This document shows positions 25,683-39,061 of a DNA stretch of 64,000 nt, piece after piece. The notes beneath the pieces were generated by a model that saw only the letters and a list, made by a program, of their open reading frames with translations, was not told the origin of the DNA and searched no databases. The position numbers and the translations under genes were made by a program. Position 1 is the stretch's first letter, and each line of letters begins with the position of its first letter. The DNA comes from Amoebidium appalachense (Eukaryota > Protista > Ichthyosporea), in assembly GCA_963693365.1 (NCBI GenBank), contig CAVNZM010000003.1, positions 903,506-967,505 on the forward strand. The letters are read 5' to 3'.

Positions 25683-28600
25683 ATGCCGACCCGCAACAGG
25701 TCCTGCAAGCCCACCCGTTTCTGCAGGCCATGTTGGCCCCACCACCCCCACCCCCACCCCCTCCCCGGCCTCGCCCCCGCCCCCGCCCCCATCAACCACC
25801 CCGATGACCCCCAGATCATTGCAATGCCCGCCGAGGGCAACTGGCGCCTGCGTTCCCGTGTCGATGACATGCAGGCCCGGGGGCTGGGTGTACGCGGCCA
25901 CACCCTCGAGTACCAACCCCTGCGCACCCTTGACGTGACCGAGTTCCCCCAGTTCTTTGCAGCCATGCTGTTCGATGCCATTGCCCGTGCAGATGTGCAG
26001 GCGGGGGACATGCTGATTGTGCGTATCATCAGCCTGCACGTGCAGGCCAACGGTGTGGACAACCAGGTGGGGGATGATGGCAACCCCAATGCCGACGTCA
26101 CCAACCGGCGTGTCTTTACGGCCGGCCCCATGGACGTGTTCAACGGAGATGTGAACGCCGTGGTGCTCAAGCTGATGGAGAACATACGTCAACGTACCCA
26201 GAGTGCAGCCGAGACGTTTATGGACGGCAGATCCAGCGTGCATCTGACGGTGGTCCGGCCCAAGGACATGGTGAGGAGGGGGGCCTGCGGCACCCTGTCC
26301 ACCAACACGGGGGTAAATGCACGCCGGCTGCAGGAGCTGGTGGAGGCCAAGGCCGTGGTGGATGTGACCGCCCTGGTGCAGGATGCATGCAGCACCGACG
26401 ACCCACAGGTGACCGGGGAGACCCGCCTGGACCACCTGCAGCTGCACAGCTTTGCCTACGGCCCCAACTGTGCCCAGCTGTGCCTGCTGTACAGCATGGT
26501 GATGTGGGTGAAGAAGGCTGCCAACGGCAACGAGCAGGCCAACCTGCCCACCGAGCACACACGCAAGGCCCTGGGCAGAGGGGGCGACCTCAAGGATCGC
26601 AAGGACCACCACGTGCTGTGCCACCTGCTGACCCCGGAGGAGGTGGTGGGGGTCGGCAACACGACCCTGGGGAGGTCGAGATCTTCGGGCTGTGGGGTGT
26701 GCAACCTGCTACTCCCACCCACAGACTACCGTAGCCACTTCAAGGACCGCTACCTGCGGAGATTGGTGAGGGCAACCCGCGTGCTGTGGGCCAAGTACGA
26801 CCTGCCCGTGCCTGCAGAGGACGGCCTGACGGTGGATGAGCTGGGTGCAGCCGTGGATGCCCTCAACACAGCCATTGCCGAGCGGCCTGAGTCAGTCACC
26901 CGCCTGCGGTTGGTGGTGGTGGACATGGACAGCAAGGGCAGGGTGCTACGCCGGTACGGGGACCTGAGCACGGCCCTGCCCCCCGGCAAGCTGTGCACCA
27001 TGTACATGGCCCACTCCCAGAAGCTGGGCCACTTCACGGCCATCACCTCGAGTGTCAGCACGACCATCGAGCGCCTGCGGCACGACAACCACACGGGGGA
27101 GGCACGTCGGAGCCTCAGCACCTGCTACTACTGCAACCAGACCGTGCAAGCCAAGAACATGGGGGTGCACCGTTGTGTGAACCGGTGTGAGAACTGTGGA
27201 TCAAAGGGGGACCGCAACGACCAGGCCAACGCCTGTGTGTGGACCCCCGAGCGCCGTCTGCAGCTTGCACAGGCAGGGGAGGAGGTATGGCCTTACCGTT
27301 GTGACAACTGCTGTGGTCTCTTCCCGTCGGCCAAGTGCATGGCCAACCACAGCACCAGGCTCAAGGGGGCAGCAGCCGGGGCCAGTGGCAAACGGCAATC
27401 CTTCTGCGACAACGTGTTCTGGTGCCGGCTGGACACGTGCACCCACGGCCTGCAGGGGTACAGGGTGATGGATGCTGGGGATGGTGCCCGCAGGGTGTGT
27501 GTGTCAGGCAACCCTGCCGGCCGGTTCATCTACAAGTTCAAGTACGCCAGCGTGCGCCGGCTACATGGGCTGCACACCGCCCAGGAGCAAGGGGGGTACG
27601 ATGCAGGTGCAGATGCAGGAGCCAACGACGAGGGGGAGGGCTGGGGCTGGGGCACGGGCACGGAGGAGGACTCGGATGCCGAGGATGCCGACTCAGACCC
27701 CCCACCCGGCCTTGCCGACTCGTCGGACGACGAAGGTGACGATGATGACAACGGCGATGCCGTTGACCTCATGCAGATGTCTGAGGGGGAGGGGGATGAT
27801 GGGGGTGAGCACGGAGGCAAGAGGAAGGACGACACGTGGACACAGCACCTGTGCACCGACTACGACTGCAAGGGCTGTGGGGGGTACATGCCCGGCAACC
27901 ACACGTGCCTCATACGCAGCAAGCGTGACCAGCGACGTGTGTACATGTGCACGCACACGGATGCAGACGGCACGGCGTGCGACAGGGTGGCGTGCTACTC
28001 CAACGAGCATGGGCAGGGGGAGGAGGGGGAGGAGGGGGAGGGGGAGGGGGATGGGTCACCTACACGGCAGAGGGCCAGGGTGGATGGTGCCGACGGCAGG
28101 GTGGGTGCACACGTGTGCAAACGGCACGTGCCCGACGACGATGGCAGCAGGGGGCCGTGGAAGCAGACCCGGCAGCCCATCAGGGACATCGTGCTGGACT
28201 TCGAGACCATGCCCGTGCCTGCCCCCGACCACACGGCCGAAAACCCCCACTTCATCCACATCGTGTACCACGCTGTGGCCATGTACGTCGAGCCAATTGA
28301 CGGCCAGCCCTCAACCCCCATCGTCTTCTGGCCGGAGGACTCGGCCGACGGCAAGAACGGGTGGGATGTGCTGATGGAGGACCACCACCAGGTGATTGAC
28401 AAGGTGGTGGCATGGCTGTTCGACACCCCTGCCCATGCCGGCGGCCGGGTGTACTGCCACAACGGCAGCGGCTTTGACTTCCACTTTGTGACCAAGAGGG
28501 TGGTGGGCAGCCAGGACTACGTGTACGTGCCCATCATGGCCAACAGCAAGATCAAGTCCTGCCGTATACGCCACTACGTCAAGAATGCCGGTGCACCAGC

Positions 28601-30544
28601 AGCCCCCGTGCCCATGCGGGTGGATGGTGATGGTGATGGTGATGGTGCCGATGGCCATGGCCATGGCCACGATGGCAATGGCCATGGCAATGACCATGGT
28701 GATGGCCATGGTGATGTGCAGCAGCAGCAGGCAGCAGCAGCAGCAGCATGCACCGGCCGGAAGAGGAGGCACGGGGGGCAGAGGGGGGACGGCAGCCGCA
28801 CGACGGTGGTGGAGCTGACGTTCGTGGACACCCTCAACTTCCTCACCATGTCGCTGTCGGACGCAGGCAAGACCATGGGGTGCCAGGAGACGAAGGGCCA
28901 CTTCCCCCACCGTGCAGCCACCTTTGCCAACTTCAAGGCCGGCCACATCCCCTTCCCCGGGCCCGAGGACTTTGGGGCCCAGGACATGAAGCCCAAGCAG
29001 CATGCCGCCTTCATGCAGTGGTGGCGGGAGGAGCAGGCACGGCTGCAGGGGCAGGCACCGGCGGGCACGTGCTACGACATTGCCCAGCAGTGCGAGGACT
29101 ACTGTGTCAAGGACGTGGTGCTGCTGCAGCAGGTGGTCAAGGCCTTCATGTCGAAACTCATCGTGCTGACGGGCATCGACCCCTTCACGTGCGTCACCCT
29201 TGCTTCCCTCGCCATGCACTTCTGGATCACGCAGGCCATGCCCAAGGACGTGGCCGTGATGCGTGACCAGACCATGGGCAACGTGAACAGCAGCAAGAAG
29301 GAGCAGGAGTACATCGACTACGCCACCCACGGCCTGGGGGTGGGGCCAGACGACGTTGCACGGCACGTGGCCACCGGGTACGGCCCCCACGGCAGGGCCA
29401 CGGCCGATGCCAAGGCCACCCACGACGACGGCACGTGCACCTACTACTTCTTCCACGGGTGCGTGTTCCATGGGTGCCCCGACTGCAACCGGCACGAGGA
29501 TCTGACGATGAGGGTGGTGAAGAGGCCGGCCAGGGAGGCCTACGACAGCACCATGGCCCACGAGAGGTACATCCGTGCCCAGGGCCACAAGGTGCAGAGC
29601 ATGTGGGAGTGCAGGTGGGACAGGCTGAGGCAGAGCCCCGAGGTCAAGGCTGCACTTGCGGCACAGGCGGCACGGAGGGAGGGCACCGGCAGGGTGGCCC
29701 CCGTGCCCACGGGCCCGGTGCAGTTCCGTGATGCCTTCTTTGGTGGCCGTACGGAGGTCATCACCCGTCACATCGAGGTGAAGGAGGAGGACTGGCCGGA
29801 GGCAGGCCTCAAGTACGTCGACGTCACCTCCCTCTACCCGTACGTGATGATTGACAAGTACATGCCGGTGGGCAAGTCACAGTGGTTCACGTCACTGCCC
29901 ATCAAGACGGAGGACCACCCCACGGCCATCGTCACTGACGCCCGGGTGCTGAAGGAGAGGCTCGACAAGACGTGCCGCATGACCCCCGGCTCCCCCCAGG
30001 CCAGGACCAAGGGGTACTTTGGTGTTGCACGTGTGAGGGTGCTCCCCCCTAAGGACCTCTTCATCCCCGTGCTGCCTGTGCGTATGACGGGTGCCCAGGG
30101 GTACGACAAGCTGGGCTTTGTGCTGTGCAGGGCCTGCAGCAGCAAGGAGGAGGCCCAGGCCACCTGCATGGACGAGGACGGCAACCCCAGGGTACGTGAG
30201 CACACACTGTGCACACACACGGACGAGGAGAGGGCACTGGTGGGCACGTGGACGACGGAGGAGCTGAAGGTGGCCGTGCGTGATGGGTACACCATCCTCG
30301 ACGTGTACGACGTGGTGCACTTCAAGAAACGCACCAAGAACCTCTTCCGAACGTACGTGCAGACGTTCTTGAAGGTGAAGCTCACCAGCACCAGCGTCGA
30401 CCCGGCCGACATCCCCGCCCTCGTGCACCTGTTCAAGGAGCACTACGGCATCACGGTGACCGCCGACGAGTTCGAGCCCAACCCGGCCCTGCGTACCATC
30501 AGCAAGCTGTTTCTGAACAGCCTCTGGGGCAAGCTGGTGCAGAG
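25683..30544 (+). CDS. polB: Protein-primed family B DNA polymerase (pPolB), 5' part; interrupted by TE
   Basis: ExoI VLDFET, ExoII HNGSGFD, KGHFPH, ExoIII YCVKDV, FFGGRTE, motif A YVDVTSLYP, motif B KLFLNSLWGK immediately before the insertion. Confidence 0.95.
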
Positions 30545-31613
30545 CATCAGCAAACTTCCCGGAAGTATTGCCAACGTATTTTTTGCTATTGGCGCTATTG
30601 GCGATATTGGCAATAGAACCCCTTGCCGCCAATAGGAACGCCATATTGCAATAATATTGCTTTGGTATTGTCAATGGTAATACAGTACCAATACCCTCTA
30701 TTGTCGATATCCCGCTGATATGAATATATTATCCAGTATATGTTACATCAATATCGCCAATACATTAGAGTGCCATTACATTGCCATTGCATTACTATTG
30801 CGCTAGCATTATAGACGTATTGCCAATATCAATTATACCCGGGCGATATTACAATAACAACCAAATAATATCAAAAATACAGATAATGATATGGATAATA
30901 CTGTATTTTCGCATTGTAGTTGCACTATGAACGCATTATTAATGTATTGCCAATATGTAATTCATAGAAATACAAAGATTTAAATATCAAGAAACATATA
31001 AACAATGTATTGCCAACATATGATCCAACTATAATCAATATATAAATGCGGTATCGCCGATAGGTTGCTTATATATCGTGAGTATATTGATGACATAAAC
31101 AGAGGTATGATTAATACACTCCCAACACATTACAAATAAGAAATATGTAAGTATGTTCCATATCAAGCATATATTGCCAACATACGAATGATACCACCAC
31201 CATAAAGATATAAGTGTTGATAATGCATTACATATATATTATAAATATCACACTATATTATCCAAATACATTGCCAATAAATTGATAATGGGAACGAATG
31301 CATGCAAAGTACAGTATAAGTGCGCTTATAATATGAAAGGCATATCGGAGTAACGTCTTATATCTAAGAATAATACATATGACGAACATTGCCAATGTAT
31401 TAATAATAGCTTTATTGATACCTCAATCACATGCTCAATATATTGGCAATATGCACACGGTACGGTAAGCACAGCCCCATGATCATTATCAATGAATTGC
31501 CAATGTATTGCACATGTCGACATCCATACGTGTTCCGTATGGTCACTTTATTAACTTCGGTTGGATAGTGGCATCGAGCACACAAGTAAACAACACAACT
31601 AATATACCACCCC

Positions 31614-32112
31614 AAGAGCAACACAGAAACGAAACACGGAAACAACAGCAGCCATAGGACAAAGAGCCCCAGACCCACAGGGTCTTGCCTCCATACTTTA
31701 TTTACCTTAACAGGACAAAGAGCCGGTACCCACCTATGGGTGCTAAACATGCACATGATCATTCATGTGCTATAAGAGCAACACAGAAACGAAACACGGA
31801 AACAACAGCAGCCATAGGACAAAGAGCCCCAGACCCACAGGGTCTTGCCTCCATACTTTATTTACCTTAACAGGACAAAGAGCCGGTACCCACCTATGGT
31901 AGCTAAACATGCACATGATCATTCATGTGCTATAAGAGCAACACAGAAACGAAACACGGAAACAACAGCAGCCATAGGACAAAGAGCCCCAGACCCACAG
32001 GGTCTTGCCTCCATACTTTATTTACCTTAACAGGACAAAGAGCCGGTACCCACCTATGAAACGAAAAACGGAAACAACAGCAGCCATAGGACAAAGAGCC
32101 GGTACCCACCTC
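31614..32112. repeat. 160-bp tandem repeat (~3 copies)
   Basis: Units start at 31614, 31774 and 31934; full units contain the hairpin GCACATGA-TCAT-TCATGTGC. Confidence 0.9.
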
Positions 32113-33139
32113 TAGATGATAACGTAGCCTTATAGCTGCTGATGACTTCATGGGCCAACCTTGCCAAAACCTGTAAAGGAACTCGAGCTAAGAATTAGCT
32201 CATCCTACTTGCGAGAAGTTGGGGGGAGGGGGGGGGGGGGGGGGGGGGGACTGAGGGGGCTGACTGAGAGTGGCAAAAAAAGAGTCGACAGAACCAACCT
32301 CAAACATAGTAAGGACGGAAACCCGGACCAGAACTTATGAAGTCTAGAGAAGCAGAAAATAGCTTGAACGATCGGTGGAGGGGACGATAGCTATAGTGCT
32401 AACAGCAAAGTAGTGCCCACAGTCGCTGGTTCATGAACGTGAAAGGCAACGTGCATCTGCAGCCAGCAGACACACGCACACGCACGCACGCACGCACACA
32501 CACATACACACACACACACACAGACACAGACACAGACATAATCACAGGACGGACACAGACCAGACAGACAAACGCCATATGCACAAAAGCAGGCAACACA
32601 AAACTAACCTTCAAGAAGAAGCTGCAGCATGCAGCATGGTCCAAAACAATCAGCGCGGTGGCTGCGCGATCTGCGGAGGGGATCTGTGACCAGGCGCTGC
32701 GGGAAGGGAACTGCGACCAGGCGACCTGCGGGAAGGGACTTGCGACCAGGCGACCTCCGGGAAAGGACCTGCGGACCTGCGGGAAGGGGGAAGAGAAATG
32801 GAGAAAACAACGTGCGTACAGGCTTAAATGGAGAAAAAATTGCAAACCGGATTGGGATTTAGCCAATCACTATTCGCCGCGCCTGATTAGGAAAAAGATA
32901 AAAATAGATTTCGGCTCGCGCGCGCGCGTGCATCAGCCTGGGTGCCCTTAGCGCTACCCTTAGTGCCCTTAGTCACAACTATCAGACTATAGTTACGTGT
33001 CCTCCACTTCTTTGTTCTTGACCATTTTTTTCGGCATGAAAGGGTTTCTGTTACTTCTTGCTGTCCTTCTTAGCGTGCTTGCTTGTCTTTTTTTCAACAT
33101 GGGTGTCACTGGCGCTTTCGACTTCTTTGAAATCACACA

Positions 33140-33172
<33 letters not shown>

Positions 33173-33694
33173 GCACACACACTCACACATGCACACTGCA
33201 CACACACACACACACACACACACAGGCGCGCACACACAGGCACGCACACACACAGGCGCACACCTACACAACACACACAGCACATGCACACACAAGCGCA
33301 CACACGCACACACCCTGTTATCCCTGATCATGATGCCCCCTCCCCCCCCCTCCCTCTTCCCCCCCGCGCACCCCCCCCCCCCCCCCCCCCCACCCACCCC
33401 ACCCACCCACCTACAAAGACGAATACATTGTACATGTATTGCATACACAAATATACTCGCACATATACATACACACATTCACTTTAATCTTTCAGGCTAC
33501 ATGTGCAATATACATTAATTATGCACAGTCGATAGAATTCGTTGTGAAACCCCCCCCCCCCCCCCCCCCCCCCCCCTCCTCGTTCCCCCCATATGCAATG
33601 GGGATAATATTGTTTCCCGCTATTAATTAAAAAATCACCGTTCTAACTTCCTAAGACCGAACCACTTGTAACACCGACAGTTTCGGTTGTGTGG

Positions 33695-33736
<42 letters not shown>

Positions 33737-33847
33737 CCCACCCACCACCTTACCAATATTGAGGTGTACACTGCCCCCACATCCCCAACTGTGTGCTGAA
33801 TATCCCGTGCTAGGAAACCAATAACGTGAAAGTAACACATGCCGCAT

Positions 33848-35720
33848 GTGGGTAGTTATTGAAAAAACCAATAATGTCTAGGTAACATACTATGTACATA
33901 TACTATGCTACAAAGGGGGTTCTATACGAGCTACAACGTTGTGTTTTTTTCGTGTGACCCTCGTACTCCAGCGGCACATTCACCATCCCCCCCATAAACT
34001 TTGTGGTAAAGTTCTCGTGCTAGAGGCTGTTCTGTGGGTAGTTATTGAAAAACCAATAATGTCTAGGTAACGTATGTACATATACTATGCTACAAGGGGG
34101 GTTCTATACGAGCTACAACGTTGTGTTTTTTTCGTGTGACCCTCGTACACCAGGGGCACATTCACCATCCCCCCCCATAAACCTTTTGGTAAATCTCTCG
34201 TGCTAGAGGCTGTTCTGTGGGTAGTTATTGAAAAACCAATAATGTCTAGGTAACATATGTACATATACTATGCTACAAGGGGGGTTCTATACGAGCTACA
34301 ACGTTGTGTTTTTTTCGTGTGACCCTCGTAATCCAGGGGCACATTCACCATCCCCCCCATAAACTGTGTCGTAAATGTCTCGTGCTAGAAGCTGTTCTGT
34401 GGGTAGTTATCGAAAAAACCAATAATGTGTAAGTAACACATGTGCATATATTATGCTACAGGGGGGGTTCTATTCGAGCTACAACTTTGTGTTTTTTTTG
34501 TGTGACCCTCGTACTCTAGGGGCACATTCACCATCCCCCCCATAAACTGTGTGGTAAATGTCTCGTGCTCGAAGCTGTTCTGTGGGTAGTTATTGAAAAA
34601 ACCAATAATGTCTAGGTAACACATGTACATATACTATGCTACAAGGGGGGTTCGATACGAGCTACAACGATGTGGTTTTTTCGTGTGCCCCTCGTACTCC
34701 AGGGGCACATTCACCATCCCCCCCCATAAACGTTTTGGTATATTTCTCGTGCTAGAGGCTGTTCTGTGGGTAGTTATTGAAAAACCCAAAAATGTCTAGG
34801 TAACACATGGACATATACTATGCTACAAGGGGGGTTCTATACGAGCTACAACGTTGTGTTTTTTTCGTGTGACCCTCGTACTCCAAGGGCACATTCACCA
34901 TCCCCCCCATAAACTGTGTGGTAAATGTCTCGTGCTAGAAGCTGTTCTGTGGGTAGTTATCGAAAAAACCAATAATGTGTAAGTAACACATGTACATATA
35001 TTATCAGCTACAAGGGGGGTTCTATTCGAGCTACAACGTTGTGTTTTTTTTGTGTGACCCTCGTACTCCAGGGGCACATTCACCATCCCCCCATAAACTG
35101 TGTGGTAAATGTCTCGTGCTAGAAGCTGTTCTGTGGGTAGTTATTGAAAAAACCAATAATGTCTAGGTAACACATATACATATATTATGCTACAAGGGGG
35201 GTTCTATTCGAGCTACAACGTTGTGTTTTTTTCGTGTGACCCTCGTACTCCAGGGGCACATTCACTATCCCCCCCATAAACTTTGTGGTAAATTTCTCGT
35301 GCGAGAGGCTGTTCTGTGGGTAGTTATTGAAAAAACCAATAATGTGTAAGTAACACATGTACAAATATTATGCTACAAGGGGGGTTCTATTCGAGCTACA
35401 ACGTTGTGTTTTTTTCGTGTGACCCTCGTACTCCAGGGGCACATTCACCATCCCCCCCATAAACTGTGTGGTAAATGTCTCGTGCTAGAAGCTGTTCTGT
35501 GGGTAGTTATTGAAAAAACCAATAATGTGTAAGTAACACATGTACATATACTATGCTACAAGGGGGGTTCTATTCGAGCTACAACGTTGTGTTTTTTTCG
35601 TGTGGCCCTCGTACTCCAAGGGCACATTCACCATCTCCCCTTATAATTTGTGGTGAATTTATCGTGCTAGAAGCTACTCTGTGGGTAGTTAGTGAAAAAA
35701 CCCGATGCTTATAAGTAACG
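33848..35720. repeat. ~183-bp tandem satellite (~10 copies)
   Basis: GTGGGTAGTTA recurs 11 times at ~183-bp spacing, with whole-unit similarity. Confidence 0.92.
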
Positions 35721-35993
35721 CATGCACAAATTGTCATCATAGCATTACACTACCATAGTAGTTGGTCGACAATAACGATATATTGGGAATGTGGACACCA
35801 TATTGTAAACCAAAAAATAATAACACCATAATATACTACACATACCTAACAATGTATTGTGAATGAATAAAATGCTTGCTTACGTGCTGGTAACATACGA
35901 GAAACAAGGATTCTCTCGCTCTTTTTTTCTTTCTTTTTTGTTTGTTTTTGTGTTTGTGTGTGTGTGTGTGCGTGTGTGTGTGTGTGTGTTTAA

Positions 35994-36027
<34 letters not shown>

Positions 36028-36359
36028 CGTTTTGCAGATATATCGACTAGAGTCCTTCATCAGGGGACACATTCACAGTACTTTATTAAGATCGGCCTTC
36101 AAGGCCAAAAAAGCTCGATCTCGAGTAAGATTAGATAGCATTTTATGAGGCCGGCCAGGCCTTAAATACAAAAAGGAGAAAAAACAACACACAGCTAAAC
36201 ATAGATCTAATATTAGCTAAATCAATCGACACACTGGTACATTGCCTGGAGTAAACCGCATCTATCGCACTGGTACATGTACTGTCATCATCCAACCAAC
36301 ACCCGTGTAGTACCTTTGTCAAGCGTTCCTACGATACTACATAAGAGAAGAGAGGGTTA

Positions 36360-36610
36360 TATGTGTACGTGTGTACGTGTGTACGTGTGTGTGTATGTGT
36401 GTATGTGTGAGGGAGGGAGGGAGGGAGGGTTGGGAGGGAGGGAGGGAGGGAGGGGGGAGGGAGGGGGGGAGGGAGGGAGAGAAAGAGAGAAAGAGAGAGT
36501 GTGTGCATGTCTGTATGTGTGTGTGTGTGTGTGTGTGTTTGCGTGTGTGTGTGAGTGCATATGTGAGTGTGCATGTGCATGTGCATGTGCATGTGCATGT
36601 GCATGTGTGT

Positions 36611-36655
<45 letters not shown>

Positions 36656-37131
36656 GGGGGGGGGAGGGAGGGAGGGAGGGAGGGAGGGAGGGAGGGAGGG
36701 AGGGAGGGAGGGAGGGACGGAGGGAGGGATGGAGGGATGGTTGGGAGGGAGGGAGGGAGGGGGGAGGGAGGGAGGGAGGGAGGGAGAGAAAGAGAGAGAG
36801 ACTGTGTGTGTCTGTGCATATCTGTATGTGTGTGTGTATGTGCGTGTTTGCGTGTGTGCGTGTGTGCATGTGTGAGTGTACATGTGCATGTGTGTGTGTC
36901 TGTGTGTGCATATGTGCATGTGTGTGTGTGTGTGTGTGTATGCGTGTCTGTGTCTGATGTGTGGATGTCTGTGTATGTTGTGTGTGTGTGTATGTCTGTG
37001 TGTGTGTATGTGCTCAGTTGAAAGGGAAGGGGGGGAGAGGGGGGATGCACCGTGTGTGTGCATGTGTGCACGTGTGTGTGTGTGTGCTCTGTGGAGAGGG
37101 AAGGGGAGGGGGGAAATGCACCGTGTGTGTG

Positions 37132-37179
<48 letters not shown>

Positions 37180-37322
37180 TTGTGTGTTTGTCTGTGTGTG
37201 CATGTCTGTGTGCGTCGTGTGTGGTGTGTGTGTGTATGTGCATGTCTGTGCATGTGTGCATGTGCTCGGTGGAGAGGGAAGGGCAAGGGGGGGATTCGTG
37301 TCCGTGCATGTGTGCATGTGTG

Positions 37323-37365
<43 letters not shown>

Positions 37366-37605
37366 ATGTATGTGTGTGTGTATGTGCTCAGTTGAGAGGG
37401 AAGGGGGGGGGGGGGGGGGGGGGATGCACCGTGTGTGTGCATGTGTGCACGTGTGTGTGTGTGTGTGCTCTGTGGAGAGGGAAGGGGAGGGGAGGAAATG
37501 CACCGTGTGTGTGCATATGTGTGTGTGTCTCTCTGTATGTGTGTGTGTGTGTGTGTTGTGTGTTTGTGTGTGTGAGCATGTCTGTGTACGTCGTGTGTGT
37601 GTGGT

Positions 37606-37672
<67 letters not shown>

Positions 37673-37813
37673 GGTGTGTGTGTGTGTCCCGGTGTGCATG
37701 TGCGTGCGTGTGTGTGAGTGCATGTTTTTGGAGTGCATGTTTTTGCCTTGTGTGCGAGCATGTGGATGCCTTGGTGAGAACAAGATTGGACGGTGTCGAA
37801 TGCTGTGTGTGTT

Positions 37814-37847
<34 letters not shown>

Positions 37848-37860
37848 CTGTGTGCGTGTG
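36360..37860. repeat. Compound (GT)n/(GGGA)n tract with higher-order repeat
   Basis: Recurrent GTGCTC..GGAGAGGGAAGGGG..ATGCACCGTGTG units embedded in degenerate GT repeats. Confidence 0.8.
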
Positions 37861-38026
37861 TGTTTTTTTGGGGGGAGAGGGGTAGTAGGAGGACAAGAGG
37901 GGGGGGGGGGGGGGGGGGGTGGTAAAGAGTACGAGAGAAAGGGGTAGAATTTCAGACATGTGGAGGCTTGAGCAAAAGCAGGTTAAGTCCATAATGGGTA
38001 AAACCGGCGCTGGAACGAGAGGGGAA

Positions 38027-38064
<38 letters not shown>

Positions 38065-38257
38065 GATGATGTGTGCATTCGAGGGTGGCAGCCAAAGAAG
38101 CAAAGCATCGCAAAGGACATTGGAATAGAGGGACACAGGACCAAAACAGGATCAATGGGAGAAGAGGGAAAAAAATTAATAGTTATTGGGGAGGGATAAG
38201 AAGAAATACTGCAAGTAATCGAGGCGAACAGGTATGGGGGGAACCGGGCAGGAAGAA

Positions 38258-38313
<56 letters not shown>

Positions 38314-38625
38314 GAAGGACGAGAGGGTGGGTCACAAGACAGAGATTATTCAGTACAGACTAAGGCTTCAGTCGGGAAGGGAGGGGGGGGGGGGAGGGAG
38401 GGGGGAGGGGGAGAGGAGGGGTGGGGGGGGGTCATAAAAGGACAAGGAAAGGAGGTGATTTCAGCAACCAGTCGAGGCTTGAACAAGAGTAGGTGAAGTT
38501 TGTAACGGTTAGCAAAACTGGTGCTAGAACGAGAGAGGAAACACACAGTGAAACGTAAAAGAGGGTAGAGAGTTGAGAGGAAGAAGGGGAAGTTTGTGTG
38601 TGTGCGTGTATGCATGGGTGGGTGG

Positions 38626-38718
<93 letters not shown>

Positions 38719-38999
38719 TGGTTACACTGGCAGCGTCCGTGGTGATGGGTTTGGGGGGGAAGGGGGTGAGGGGAGTGAGGGATGTTTCGAAGAAAGAAAA
38801 GTATTGCAAGTAACAAGGGGGCATAAAGACATAGGACTAAAACAAAATGGAGGGGGAGGAGGGGGGGGATGCTGTAAACTTTGATGCGTCTCGGGGACGT
38901 GTGTAGGGACTGCGAGTTCTCTTAGATTTGCATTTCAGAATTTTTACTCTATTCCTCCAGGTTTTTTTTATATTTTTTTTAGGGTTGGGTTGGGTTGGG

Positions 39000-39061
<62 letters not shown>

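Noticed and set aside
25637-30674. Long minus-strand ORFs opposite polB (e.g. 28311-29771) and plus-strand ORFs opposite MCP/ATPase
   Set aside because: Antisense shadows expected from high GC3 codon bias.
31614-35720. 160-bp and 183-bp arrays as CRISPR-like repeats
   Set aside because: Whole units repeat with no unique spacers; no cas genes; eukaryotic context.
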